From Tubiluchus corallicola (taxonomy: Eukaryota; Animalia; Priapulida): a stretch of DNA of 64,000 nucleotides. A program made the position numbers and the translations under genes. This document shows positions 13,701-28,200 of the stretch, piece after piece. How positions within the stretch are numbered: the stretch's first letter is position 1; every line of letters starts with the position of its first letter. The stretch covers positions 186,001 to 250,000 of the forward strand of contig JAQGDQ010000267.1 in assembly GCA_030141605.1 (NCBI GenBank), written 5' to 3'. The notes under the pieces were generated by a model. The model made no database searches and was not told the origin of the DNA. It worked only from the letters and a program-made list of their open reading frames with translations.

Positions 13701-15107
13701 TCATGAAATGTTTAAAGTTTAAAATAGACAATTGGTAATTGGCATATAAAGTCGGGTTGGCAAAACATAAGAAAACACAAGGACACTGAGATTGGACCTA
13801 CAGTACTATTTAATGATAAACATATGCAATCTCTGTAAGCTCTGTGCGTACTATCTGTTTAAGTACATGCTGTATACAAATATTAGGTGAATCCATTGTG
13901 CTTTAATGGCGTGAAAAACTTTATGTAGGTGCCCACATTCCCGCGAATGCCTCAGAATTGTAGGATCCTCTAACGCACAGTTATTGAAGTGCTACAGAAG
14001 TTTGAATTGCGAGAATATAGATCTATAATAAAGTAAAATCAAAAAGAGAAAAAAGTGTGTATAATATCTTTATTCGTAGTAAATTTGTACTCTTTGGGTT
14101 AGTTAGCAGTTAGTTAAGTTAAACAGATAACAACGTAAACACTATTTGCATACACATACATATACACACGAAGTAGTAACGGTTAATGCAAGGAATTCCA
14201 CGCAATGTTTACTTGTAGGTACTAAATAATGGCTAAATAGCTTATGATTATTTTCAATTGTTCACTATTTAGACCTACGTCATATATACACTCCATGATC
14301 ATATTTAACGTACACTATGTTCTCTTGCGTCAAATTACCAATGTGAAATGGGTGTTGTATTCTTTTGTATTATACCTTTATAGTATTACGTGCTGTACAT
14401 AACAGGCACGCACGCACGCACGCATGCACTGTAAGCGGGGGTGTGACATGACTTATGTCAAAAAGTACATTATAATAATAAAACTTGATCTGGTGTTTAA
14501 ATTTCAAGTAACTTAATCAAACCTTGTAGAGTTTGGTAATTCTCAGATTGTGAATAAAAAATAACTACTGATTAACATTGATCTGTGACAGAACTTTCTT
14601 AAATACATTTTAACAAAGCTAGCACTGGGTGGACCCGAAGTAATAAAACGGAAACTAGTTCTCGTGTAATAGGTTTTTACTGTACTATGATCGTCAATTG
14701 CGGGACTGTTGCAGATGATACGTATGCCAATTTTAACTGTTAAAGATTAAAATTAACTTCAATTTTAAAATTAGAATTTTAACTACTTCTTGCCACGCGC
14801 GCGAGTTGAGCGCCAAAGTTTGACCAATGGTCGCCCATTAACGCCGCAAACGCTTTTAAGTAGCCTTTATTTTCGGTAAGTGCTCGAGCAAATATTCAAT
14901 ATTTAACATTTTGGCCATATTGAGTAGAAATTAGCATTTAAGTGGTCTTTGTTAATGTTTGACCACTTTCGTACTTCGGGCTTGTAAAAGTAAATGAGGA
15001 TTTGTCGTTGTTCAGAAAACAGCTTCACGTCTTATACGAGATGCCATTTTTGAAAATACGTTGATTTATCTGACGTACCTGAATGTTTTGTAATGTTGAA
15101 TATCTAA

Positions 15108-15350
15108 TTTCTCTCTTCTGCCCTCTTTCTCTCTCCCACTATTTCTCGCTAGCTCTTTCTCTCGCCCTGTGTCTTTACGTCTCGCTCTTACATCTCTCTA
15201 ACTCTCTACCTCTCTTCTCTCTATCTCTCTTCTCTCTCTCTCCCTCTTTCTGTCTCCCTCTCTTTTTCTCTCTTTTATCTCAGTCTCTTTCTTTCTCCAC
15301 TTTCCTCCCCCTCTCACTCCCCTCCCCTCTCACCTCCCTTGCCCTCTTAC
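15108..15350. repeat. Degenerate CT-rich low-complexity tract
   Basis: Direct inspection. Confidence 0.8.
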
Positions 15351-18300
15351 AGCCTATATTTTTTATTTACTTAAGTTTCTAGTACATAATCAACCACTGT
15401 GAAATCTTAAATGCGTTTGTGCCTTGCAGTGACAAGCATTCCATTACTGCCACTAAAATCCATGTCATGTAACTTGCACAGACCAATTTTACAAGTGCTT
15501 TCACCCAACATGGCCTTAAGTTATGCGTGTATGGTAATTACCAGTTCTGTTGACATGTCCAAGAATTTTTTTCAATATTGCGTAGCTGTAGCCGTTTGGC
15601 GGTCAATGTTTGTGGTTTGAACTTCAAATTTCAAAGGATCAAATTTCCAAATATTCGCTGTATCGATATAAATTGTTTTGGAAGTTGGGACGGTAGGGTG
15701 GTGATTATTGGCAATGTTGTTCCATTTAGAATTACTTCTGCAGATAAAACCAATGCATGATTTTATTTATTGGACACCAAAAATTGCCATGCTGAAAAAA
15801 TTGATGTAGCATAGCAGTTTTCAGTTTTGTTCTCGATGTCGACTAATTTGAAAAATGTAAAATTTGGATACAACTAACATTAGTGTTGGTTTTAGTCGAA
15901 AGTAATTTCATAACCTGGATATGCTACTGGAACCATAATAGAATAAAGTGTGCCTGATATTTGGATCTTTAAATCAAACTGGCAACATGTTGAGGTTTCC
16001 TAAATTGTATAGTGTGCAGTGTGTTTTGGCTCAAGGTCTGCCTGATTTATTTTGAGTCTTAAAACTATTTAGAATCAAATTTACAGTGTACAATCTTGAG
16101 ACTATAGTTTGAGGGAAATTGATTGGGAAGTCTCAAGTTTTGCAGTTGTTGGATTAAAGTGAGGAATATGGAGACTGTTTTGTTCATAGTGTACATGTTT
16201 TGAGGTTTTTTGTTGATTTGAAGGCTATTTAAAAGAATATTGCTCGCATTCTTAAGATTTGGACACACGACTGTGTGCTGTCTGACTGTCAGCAATAGTT
16301 TGAGTAACACTATATTATGTGGTGGCTACCATTATTTATTTGTGGCAGTGTACGAAAGTCATACACGGATCATCCCCCAGGCTTTTCCTAGTATTGACCC
16401 TCTTAACCCACGCTTATCCACGCTGCAGTTCAGTATAGTAATCACTGGTCAACCTTGATTACTTGACTGGACGTTGGGCAGCTTGGAGGTATGTGTTAAT
16501 AATACAAGTGCCTGGATACCCGAATAGGCTCAGGTCGTTGTGCTGATAATGCCTTGATTTCGCGCCCTGAACAATGGCAGGTTCAAAGTTAATCTACTTT
16601 GCTGTTAAAGCTAATTAGCCACTGTAGGTGCGCTGATTAGATACAGGTGTACTAATGGGCGTGGTGCAGTGTTACGTCATTACGTCACCTGGTGGTATCA
16701 CCACACGCTGTATCTAGTGCTGTAGTAGTGTAGGTGTTTTAAGGGGTTAAATAGTAATTACAGTATTTCAAACCAAACGCCGGGTTATTTTACCGAAGTG
16801 ATGGCTCTCAGCACATTGTGTCTGGGTAGAATTATTGTTCCATGCAAGTTTGCAAGCTCTTGTCAGTTGTATTTTACAATTGGAGCACATATTTTCTGTT
16901 TTTTAATATTTTTCTTTCTTATGTGGACTCGGTTCAAAATTATTTTCCAGTTTGATAGACGATACACATACAATTCCAAAGTTTCCATTTCTTAGTTTCA
17001 AAACTATACAGCTATGTTGCATTGTTGCTGACAACTTGCTGTGTTTGAGTATCCATTCAATGACTGTGAATTAAAGAGTACTCGTCAAAAGGCCGGATGA
17101 CTCGCGCCGTATAGCTTTTACTGAAAACTATTTATCGCTGTAATTTCCTAAACAATTGCCACTCGTTACTAATGGCGCGCAATTTCTGATGCAAATTACG
17201 CTTAGCATCTAGCCTACAAAAGAGAAACTGGCCTGGGACCTAGCTGTAAGTTGTTCATTAGGGACGGATTTCCAGCCACCCTGCCGGGAAGAATGCGTCT
17301 TCTTCACGCGAGAAGAACGTATCAGGAAAGGCAGAAGTAGTGGTCTTGCTTTGTTTACGCACGCCACATTTAGTTATATAGCGTTTCTAGCTTTACATTT
17401 AAATGGGCGAGCTGCAATTTTAACTTAAAGTAGACGTGTGCAAAAATGACTTACTGATAGAGTAAGTAATGAATACACAGAGATGGAGCCAAACAATGTT
17501 GCCCCGGCTACCTTTTATATTGTGAGCCCGTGTTTTAAGTAAATTTCAGTCATTTAAGTAAATTTGTCACACTGTTTGGTGAAGTAAGGCATCCCCTACA
17601 TTTTGTTGTTAGTGATAAATACAGTAGTTTCTAGCATCCCAAGATACATGTGTTGAACTGATTATCACAAATACCCTTAATTTCAGCACATTTTATGTAC
17701 AGCTACGAAGAAAGACGCCATATATGTATATACCCGCCCCTTTACCACCCAAAGTTTGCTTTCCTGAACTTTGCTTTAATGGAAACTACAAGACGAAATT
17801 GTGTTTCTGATTTATAATATATTACGTTTGCAGAGAAGATGTAAAAGTGTGATAACCATTTTCTCAAGGCTAGGGATTCTATAACTGGGGTCTCGAGTCT
17901 TCTTAATCAGATCATTGTTCCAGGTCCTGCAGAAGGGTATTGAACCTTTACAACGTCTTTCATGGAAATCCCTGAAATCTCTTTACCGTGATTAGCAGTG
18001 TACGAATCGTATGATGCTGATCATTGATTAAATGACAAATTGAATTGATGGTCTTGGTCGGAAATTGATAACAATGACCTCAGCTTGACCGCTACATCCA
18101 TTAACAATATTAATCGAGTAGGAAACATTGCCAAAATCAGTTCTGCACACATACATTTTTCGTTAAGTACTGTTTGTTGACATAGTAAAATATAGTTTCG
18201 TTTTGGTTTATTTAAAAAACGGAAAATTAACTCAAAAGCTCTAAAGGAGCATCATTAAATTGTTTCGACTCATGAGATTGATACGCTTAGAGGAAATGTG

Positions 18301-18434
18301 AATGCAGTTTGTCTCAGTCTGTTTAGTTACCTCTTTAGATAATGTAGAGACAACCTGTACTGTAGTTCCTATATTGTAAAACTTCAGTTAATGGTGAAGC
18401 TTAATTTTCTCCTAGGATGTGATGTAAAGGAAAG

Positions 18435-19223
18435 ATGACTCTGTCTTTGTGGTGTTGGTACCTGTCAGTGACTGTGATAGTCTTCAGCATTCCTTCTTGC
18501 TTAACTTCAAACTTGAAGCAGCTGACACTTGGTGGCAATTCTGGAAAATTTCACCGAGTCGTGGTTCACCCGGAAACTGGCGTTGTCTATGTGGGTGCAA
18601 CAAATGCCATCTATCAGTTGACTTCCAGTTTAAGTCCTCTTGAAAAGACAAGATCTGGCCCAGTAATGGACGATATACGATGCCCTCCTGTTCCGCTGCC
18701 GTGTGAGGACCATAATAGGACGTTGCAAGACAATGAAATAAAAATTTTAGAAATAGACCCAATCACAAAAGTTTTATTGCAGTGTGGCAGTGTCAGTCAA
18801 GGCATATGCTCATTACACGACTTGTCAAATGTGTCCCACGTCCATTCTCTGCCCAGCAATCTTTTGACCAATTACGTCGCTGGCAAAGGATCAGCTGTGG
18901 CATTTTTTGCTCCAGCATCTTATTCTTCCACCGGTCAAGTTCTGTACAGTGCTGCTGCATTTGATGGTCGACCGGAAGTGTACACCCCACCCACCGTTTC
19001 CAGTCGAAAGTTGTCCATAGATGGGGGAAAGTATAGTTTTGACTACGCGAAGGACACTCCAACAGTGAAAAGTTTTTTAGATATTCGGACAAAGTATCGC
19101 GAGAAATACCAGATCCAATACTTGTATGGTTTTAGCCACGAGGGTTTCAGCTATTTCCTTCAGATTCAGAGAATCAACATCACTTCTGACATTTATGAAA
19201 GTAGACTTGCCCGCATTTGCCAA
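18435..19223 (+). CDS. MET: MET-like coding exon 1 (signal peptide plus N-terminal Sema); exon starts at 18416, so an upstream non-coding exon is implied
   Basis: Acceptor ttttctcctag ends at 18415; donor gtaagt at 19224; [12 protein letters not shown] and SRLARICQ Sema motifs. Confidence 0.92.
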
Positions 19224-22200
19224 GTAAGTTGTTCATTAATTACTTGTCCATTGTTTAGTTTTCGTTGATTTGCTGATCTTAATTTCATACAAATTGTATT
19301 ATTGTTCGCAGTTTCAAAGACTAATTTTGTCCATTGTGCCCACGTCGTTGTTCTGCATGTCTAGAAGACTGCGACAAACTGATATTTCACCAATCAGAAA
19401 TTGGTGTGAGTAATTTGTTACTTTTTATTAAAAGCAATCTGGTTTTGTTTTTATCTGTTTTTTGAATTTAGTTGTGCTTGTGGAACATCTTTACTGTTTT
19501 AAAACTAATATCCAGGCAGTATTTTTTTTTATTTATTTGTTTGAAAATAAATTTTCAATTCCACTTTTATATTGTGATATTGTTTACTTTGTTATTTCAA
19601 ATTTTTGCAGGATGATCAGTATTACTTCTCCTACACGGAGGTGCCACTGGAATGCAATCACATTGGGATTGACTATCAGATTGCACAGTCGGCATATTTC
19701 GACAACGAGGACGACAATGCTATGTTGACCATTGCTTTTGGGAAGAGCAACAAGGGATCATCCACGCCTGTACCTGAACATGGGACTGCTGTGTGTGTCT
19801 ACACGATGAGCGATATTAGAGAGAAATTTCGCGTAGCAGCGCAAAATTGTTACATGGGGCAGGGGACGTTAATGCAGTGGTTTCTAGGGACAGTTGTGCG
19901 TTGTAACAAGGCTGGGGTAAGTACTTGGTTTTTTAATTGCTGTTACTTTCTGTAATACTGCATATTATTTCTTTTCAAGCTGTAATTTGTTGTCGTCTGT
20001 GGAATATTAATTCTCATAAATTATTATCTGGTCAAATGTTAGGATTTACTGCTATTACATTTTCTATTTTTGCAATTTTGTCAACTAAGTTTCAATATTA
20101 AATACACTGTACTTCAAATCGTGAATTATCATCAAGTTTCTTAACCATTGGCAACTTTTTGCAGTGCTTAGAAATGCACACGATTTAGGCAGTGATGCAA
20201 AAACGATATACTGAATTTTTATCCCTTTTTACTATATATGCCCGATTATTCATGTTATAACAAGGATTATGGCTCTGCAACATTGGATTGTTGGCTAAAA
20301 GTTGTTGGCTAATCAAATTAATGGCATTTAATATTCTCTCTGAATCTCACAGTGAATTTATAAGCATTAACCTCATCTCCGGTGCTATAAACTAAAAACT
20401 GAAAGTTTCCTCACCCTCTTTTGCTGGAAACCTTGTAATGTCTGCACACATAATTTTAGAGTGAAATCTTTCTATTGTACTTTTCTTTTTTCCACTTTTA
20501 TGTAATAAATTAGATGTTTTTTAATTTCTATAGAATATACGGATAGATGACGATTTTTGTGGAGGCGGGTTAAACAATGCCATCGAAGGCTTAGAAATGA
20601 TCTCTGCCTTGCCCATGGCTGTGCTCAATGAAACTATCACAGCACTGGCCACTGCTAGACAAGGTGGCACCTTTGTAGGCTTTCTTGGAACGTCATCTGG
20701 CGAGGTATTGAAGGTAAGTAGGTTGTGGCTTTTACTTTGTTTTGATGATTGCATTATTATTATTATGCATAATTGTAGAACCAACACAGTATAATTGTAG
20801 CTTTACTTGTAAGCAAAGGTAAGTAATTTAAGTTACACAAAATACTGCCCATACAAAAAGGACAACATAGAACAGTTCATCTTAGCCAAACATCTTCGAT
20901 AGAGTATTTGTACTACATGTTTTTTTATTACATAGATTTTGCATTATGTTTTCTTTAGCAGTTTTTTTTAAAAACATGTAAATTAAAACAGATATTCTTT
21001 TGTATGGATTACAGCCCCTGTGTTTGTTGTAAGGTTCAATAAATCTAGCTGTTTTGTCTTACAAAAAGAACATCCAAAATCTTTTACTAAATGGAATTGT
21101 TTTATCTAGCTATTTTTTGCCTAAATTAAGGTTATTGTTTAGGTAATTTGCAGGTAATCCTTTCAACAAAATTTTCTAGGTATAAGCTTTTAAGGATTAA
21201 TTTACGTGTTTTTAGGCAGCCAAATTTGTATTTTTCAAAAATGTTATTAAATGCAGTACTCTTAGACAACTATATTCGTAATTCATAAAGAGTATTTATT
21301 AATTCGTTGTTTAATCTTCTCTTTTTCCATTAGCAGTTAACTTTGCTAGGCCTATTATATTTTTTACAAATGAATACTTAAAGTTTGAAGTCCGAAAAGC
21401 AGCAAAATGAGAGGTTTAGACTAACTACTGAGCTGTTGATTTTGGTTTGATTTCAAATTCCTTTCCTGGATGAGTTTACTTGAATCCTAGTTACTCCGCA
21501 GATTATATTACCCAGCCTTATGTGATCTAGAATATCCTGTGTGCATGGCTCACATTTTCTGTGTTACTGGATATAAAGTTTGCTCTCCTGAGCTTGCTAA
21601 CCGAAAAGGAATTTTTTTGGGATTTTGCATAGTGATCCCAAGTGTTAGTGATCCCAAATAAATTTAGTAGCAGAGAATTAACCATAAAAGTGCATTCTTG
21701 TGAGGGCTGACATGAAAGCTTGAATAGTTTGTCTCTAATATTAACAGTTTCTGTATTACTGGTTGCCATCTTGAATAATAAACGAAGTACTTTTAACTAG
21801 AATTGGATTAAAGATCTTTTATTTTCACAAGTTCGTGAAATGCTCACATTTTTTGAGATTTTTGTTGGTGTTTAATTAATGGAAAATTGAAGTCTATTCA
21901 GACTTTTGTGATTACTTTTGTAGTTTCTAGGATACAGAGACTCGTAACAAGCTGACCGGTTCACCATTTCTTTAGATTGTATCTTTGAGACGTTGTCACT
22001 TGCTGATTGTATGACATCCTGTGACACCACAAAACGTTTTGCAAAATGTATACTCCTGACGAACAAATCTGTATTTTAATTTCTTGGTTAATGCACTGGT
22101 TAAGTAATTTGACTTTCATGTGTATTTGAGCGTTGATAACAGTTGAGTTGAATGCATACGGACGTCGTAAACGAGACTTGTCTATCATTATGTTAAATTG

Positions 22201-25200
22201 AAATTGGCAATTTAAAAATACGAAATTATTAATTTTGTACCACTACTATAAGCCTGAATACGCTTTTTGTTACTATAAAACTTTTAAAATAGTTCAATAT
22301 CCTAAATTCTTGTTTATCTAACTGCTCTTTATCTTTATGGCACTCAACATTTTCTTCAAATTATTAGCAATAAAAATTAATTGCGATCATTTAGCCCGCA
22401 TCCTGGGCTATTTTACTTCAAAACGGATTTCAGAGCTGTTTAAATTGGTGTCATTGTCCTGGGCAAATGCAAAATAGTTCATCTGGTGGAATTTTTTCCA
22501 AGATTTTTTCGCCAGATAAGTGCCAATTATGGACAATGTGAACAATAGCTTGTTTTACTTTCCACTTAGTCAGGAATGCAAATCTATTGCAGGGGTAGAA
22601 AAACGTGTTTAACTTCAGACAAATTGGATTTTAGTGTTGATTGCTTGAGCTGTAATATGAAGTGGTTAATCTCTTATTAATGGAATGCCGTGGGAATATG
22701 ACTGGGCAGAGGGCTTGGGGGTCTAACAAGACGATAGCTTTTCACCTCGGTCAGTTGGTCAACACGTTTGGGGCAGTGATAGCCTTATAGGTTTTACATT
22801 GCGCCCAGGGCTTGTCAGGAATTTTTTATGGGGAATTAACTGAAATATTAGGAGAACAAAAAGAGGGGAGGGAGAGAGTGAGTCAGTTTGTGTGTATTTT
22901 AGATAGATGGATGGATTGATGGACAGACAGATGGACGGACAGTCAGACAAATAGAAAGATAGAATGATAGGTATACGGCAGACACGCGGGCAGATAGAGA
23001 TGTTATTTGAATGGAAATTGAATATTACATGTGTGGTGTAAAAGTATCCAGTCTAACGCTGGCTTGGGTACTGCTTTCATGTACATGTAATGGGATCTGT
23101 GAGTTATTTTCCACGATTCTGTACTGTGGAGAGAGTTTTTAATCGCTCGAGTAATTCATAAAATCTTGGAATTTACGCATTCCAGTGGGATCAGTTTGTT
23201 GACACCAGGGTGCAATAAGAGAGCCGTTTCCAGTAGCTCTGAAAGAAATCTTAATAAACTTGGGTGATCTTGCAAGACCGTACACTAGCCGAAAACTCGT
23301 TTCACGTTCAAGTACTTGCTAATGGCTGTTTTGGAAGTCCAAGTTATTTGCCTGACCTACACATAGGTCTCACGAATACCTCGAACCCTGTGAAGAGTTA
23401 CTGATTCATAAAGCAAACACGTGAAAATATCTCTGCAATCTCTAATGATAGAGCGAGAATTATTGTTTGTTCAAAGTTTGTTCAGAGGTACCGTCGTTGC
23501 TTCTTCATATGGATTTTTAGACCGAGTATTTTGGCTGCTTTAATTTTTTGCTGATTTCGGCAGCGTTTATGTTTTACGCCACGGAAATTCTGACGCGTGA
23601 CGCAGCACACCGGAAATAGTTACGAAGTTGTGACATCAGCTGTGTCCGCTCACCACTTATTACTAATAGTTTATGTGGAGTAATGGACTATTTATAGTGG
23701 TTTATTAGTGAGGGAGAAATACGAAAGAGAGGGGGGGAGGGCGAAGAAAAGAGAGTTTAGAAAGAAGAGGGAGTTAGAGAGAAACAGCGTGTAGAGAGTA
23801 GTACAGTAGCACAGAAAACTTAATGGTAGTTGATGGGATGGTGAGGGGGAGAGAGAAAGAAAGAGTCGACTTGTATTAAAAGACTACTGGATAATTGTAG
23901 TAATTGTAAATTCGGTTGGACAACAAATTTTGATGAACTTCTGTGCAACACAGTGTCAATGATATATCATAGAGTTTACATTGCCCTTTGTGTTGTAAAA
24001 TAGACAATCTTATTGCACTGTAGAATTATATTTGCTTACTCACAGGTGTGTGTGTGTGTCATCAGTACATACGCAGTGATATCCTGTGCATGCCTAGATC
24101 TATTTACAAATGCTGAATTTAGCAAAAATTGCATTACACGTATCCTGAATTCCTCGTATTTGAGATCCCCAAATGCTCTATATATGTGCACTATGTTTCG
24201 TATTGCCAAGGATATTTAAAGAACAAGGCTTTATTTTGTGAAGCAGATAGTTAAAAATCCAAAAACTTCCAACGTTCTGCTGTATTTCAGACTAAGAAAA
24301 TTTAAAATACAAAGCTTTGCTGTTTGAAAAACTCTAAACTCCAAAAAGCTTGCTACATCATTTCGGTACATTTGAGCAGTTTTAAAGGTTTGTGAGTGAT
24401 GACTACCATAAATATGTTTTGCACTGCTTTTAAGGTCCTCGATGCTACCTTCTACATGCGTTTGGCTGAGTTATGAAGTCATTTGAAAATCACTTCAATG
24501 TATTTTTGTGTAGTTCCCATGCAGCATTTATTACTGAATTTTATATTTAAATTTCATAAAATCTGCAGTGTGCATTTCACGTAATTCTAAACACTATTGT
24601 ATCTTCTAAGTGTATTTTAATGTGCGAGGTTTGGGCCATTGTCCGGCATACAAAGCCTTGCTACCTGGGTGCGCCGTGCTCTGAAGGAATTCCCCCGGGG
24701 TCTTGCTTAAACTAAATTGATTTATTCTGTCAACAACAATTTGTGCATTACGCAGACAGTGATACGGCCATCTTAAACTGCAGGGGAGGCAGCATTAGAG
24801 AGGCTATGACCACTGTGAAAAAAAAAATGAAAGCACAGACGCCGAAGTTCAAAATACATATAGTTGCGATTGACGTCTTACGCATAACACTTTCGTGTGA
24901 GAAAACATTAAAAACATTGCATATAACATGTATTTCATGATGGGGTTCCCTTTAGCATTTCCTAGTTAACAATAAAGCAATTTACTTTAACTACGAGAAG
25001 TATTCCTTTTTAATTTCTGGAGCGCAAAAGGAATATATTTATCACTCGGGTACAGGGTGTTTCGTAAGGAACAGTGCAGTTAAAATCTTATGGGTTATGG
25101 GTGGCTGCTTCAAATTTCACAAAGATAAAAGGACCATGAATTTCTTTAGGTTAATTCGAGATAACTGTTGTTTCAGTGTTTTATAATTTTAATTTTATTT

Positions 25201-28200
25201 AAATCGGAATTTAGTGAAATACAGGTTTGATTGTCTTAGTGCCCTTTAAATGTTCCAGACAACCTACCATTAAATTGTTACGATTACCTAAAAGCTTGAT
25301 TTCTGGCCCAACTACCTGTCCTCTCCCTTTTTAAGACATGATGAGTTAGACGTGACCATTATTCATTCTGTAAAGCGAATCGTCCATTTTAGATTTTGTT
25401 GATTTTCACTGTTTGTTGAAGCGTCTCATTTGCAAAGCTCGCTGGCACTATAAAAACAAAATTTCACTCGTCCAGACCTTGTAACGTTCATGCTGTTGTT
25501 GTACTTAATGTTAGCAAACAAGGTCCTCGTGTAGACGCTCCATGGTAATTGACCCTAAAGCCTCGTTTACACCAGTGATCGTAGGAAAGCCCGGCAGTTT
25601 TGATTCGGAATTGAGTGTAACGACTGTTATTGCATTTATACTTTATTTATGTAGCAAGACTAGTACTGATGGTAGGCGGAGAGGTGAGCGAGCAATATGG
25701 TAGAGTGTCATATGGCAACACTGTGTTAGGTTGTGATGTTTTGCAATACTAGGGTTTGTAGGTGGATGAGTGACAGCCGAAAATACTGCCCCGGGTGGCT
25801 TTCGTTGTTGTACTGCTTCTTGCAATGTCTCTCTTCGAGGAAGCATGCACACTTGCATAGTTGTATGCGCATTCAAATGTGATTAAGATACTTCTTTTAG
25901 TGTGATGCCTCATTTTAAAAGATTAGGTACCCTTAAAAATAAGCTAAGTTTCGGTTCTACCTCAACCGCTTACACTAAGTATGTGCATCAAAAAGTGCTG
26001 TTTATTATAGTGTAGAATGCTAAGAAGCAGAGCAAGAATTGTTCAGTGCAGTGCTTAATGAATCACTGTGTTTGGGTTAAGCGCGCTGAACTAGTGATGT
26101 TCGCATGCGCATTCAATGGAGCCGTTACCGGAGATTAGATATTTCAGTTAAAAAGATCAAAAATTTTCTAACAATCACTACCTGGCTTAGCAACGGGATT
26201 ATGTGAGATGCAATTTAGCGTTGGCCGCCCTGTATAATTGCTGGTTCGGCTACTTGTGCAAAGATGCAGAAAAGAGTTACTAGCCCGTGTAGAGTGGACT
26301 TAAGTAGGCAATAGTGTGGTTGATTTAACTCAAGGTTGGGGGTCTTTGGGAAAACCGCTTTTACACTTATTGTATATGGCCCCTGGGGTATTGTTTACCA
26401 TTTTAGATGCGGGAATATCGGTGCTTTTTCAAGTTTCCCAGGGGTTTTGTGAAGGAATTGCCTGATTTCACGTTATTTGCCGGGAATTCCTCGACTGTTT
26501 GTTATCCCGACTAGGTACCATTCTGGTAGAGCGAGCAGGATTTCTGGAATGTTCGCTAGATTTGACAGCCTGTAAAATATAATATAAATCTTGTTGGGTT
26601 CGTGTTTTTTGGCCAAGTGTTTTGCATTTTTTGTAGTTTTTTATTCTTTTTCTAAACTTAAGCTGAAAGTTATTGTTCTTGGCAGCGTTGTTTGTTCTAT
26701 GAACTATGAACTATGAACTATGAATTTTATTCCACACATCAAAATACATTATTATATACATAAATAAACAATAAATAAAATAATTTGAGTAGTGTGAGGT
26801 GAGTGTACGACCATACGGTCATTAACACACTCACCTTACTTAAATGAAAAAATTAATAAAGTTATGCGTGCTTTTTTAGATGACTCAATGAAAAAGGAAA
26901 CATTAGAAAAACATAATATGTAATTACGATTTTGATATGAATATAGAAACAATTTTGAAATAAAGTAAATGATGTAATAATAGTATGAAAACATAAGGAC
27001 AACATAATATGGAATTACGATTTTGATTTGAATATTGAAATAATTTTGAAATAAAGTAAATGATGTAATAATAGCAAGGAAACATAAAAAAACATAATAT
27101 GGAATTACGATTTTGATACGAATATTGAAATAATTTTGAAATAAAGCAAATGATATAATAATAGTTCCTCAAAGTCACATTGGTTTTGTGGTCAATGTCG
27201 AATAGGATTAATCAAACTGAAAATGGAGAACCAAACTGAAAGAGTCTGACCCCATCAACTCTTGAATGCCATCTGTATCAACTTCTGTTTCATTCAAGAA
27301 TTGGTCTTCAGAGTCATCAGTGTGAGAAGAACAGTGACAATACGAGGAACTTGAATTCTCGGACACGATGACCTTCACATTACTGCCAGGCTAGTTTGCT
27401 TATCTTATGGTATAGCTTGTCATTTGTGAAAATATGTCTGTAGACTCATAACAAAAATTTCATCTTTAAAAATGTTTCTTTGAAAAGACTTCCACGCCCT
27501 CTGTATTTTGACCAGTGTGATTAATCGCCTATTTATTTTTCACAGATGTCTATATAGTCATACCGTGGGACGCATTGAAAACTTCTTTTATTACTGGGTA
27601 TGATTTAACCCTTGCCTGGATAAACTGTAATCGTATATGAAATCGCTTCCAAAAAAATCTTGTTCAACTCCTTTAGCGTAAAATAGGCGGCACGTTTTCA
27701 TTTAAATGAGCCTGGTTTAAGTTCAGCAGATGGTCATAGATACGTACGATTTGGAGAGACGTGATCATAGATGAATTATCAGTGATGACTATCAATTATG
27801 TTATTATTAATTAACACGTTTTACTAAGGTAGTTTGGGTATTTTTCCAACTTGCAATCATTATTCTTTGATTGCTGAAAATGAGAATTCTTGAGATTTTG
27901 AAAAACTGGTTTAAGACGTCTTGCAGGTCGTTCTTGTTCGTTCTCATTTTTCTTGATCACCTGAATGCGCTGAAAAATCAAAATAACATTACCTCTTTAC
28001 CTGGTTTTCTAAATGCATTAGAAATACTTGCTGTTTAGTCGAGCGAAAAATCAATACTTTAGCTAAAGAATGTTAATAACAGTGGGACGGCACACTTCCT
28101 GGTCGCATTCCTGGACACAACCGAAGACTGGCGAAATTAATAGTTTAACTTAAGTACTTTGTAATTACAGATAGTTAAATAGAAGAATTTAGCTACGAAG

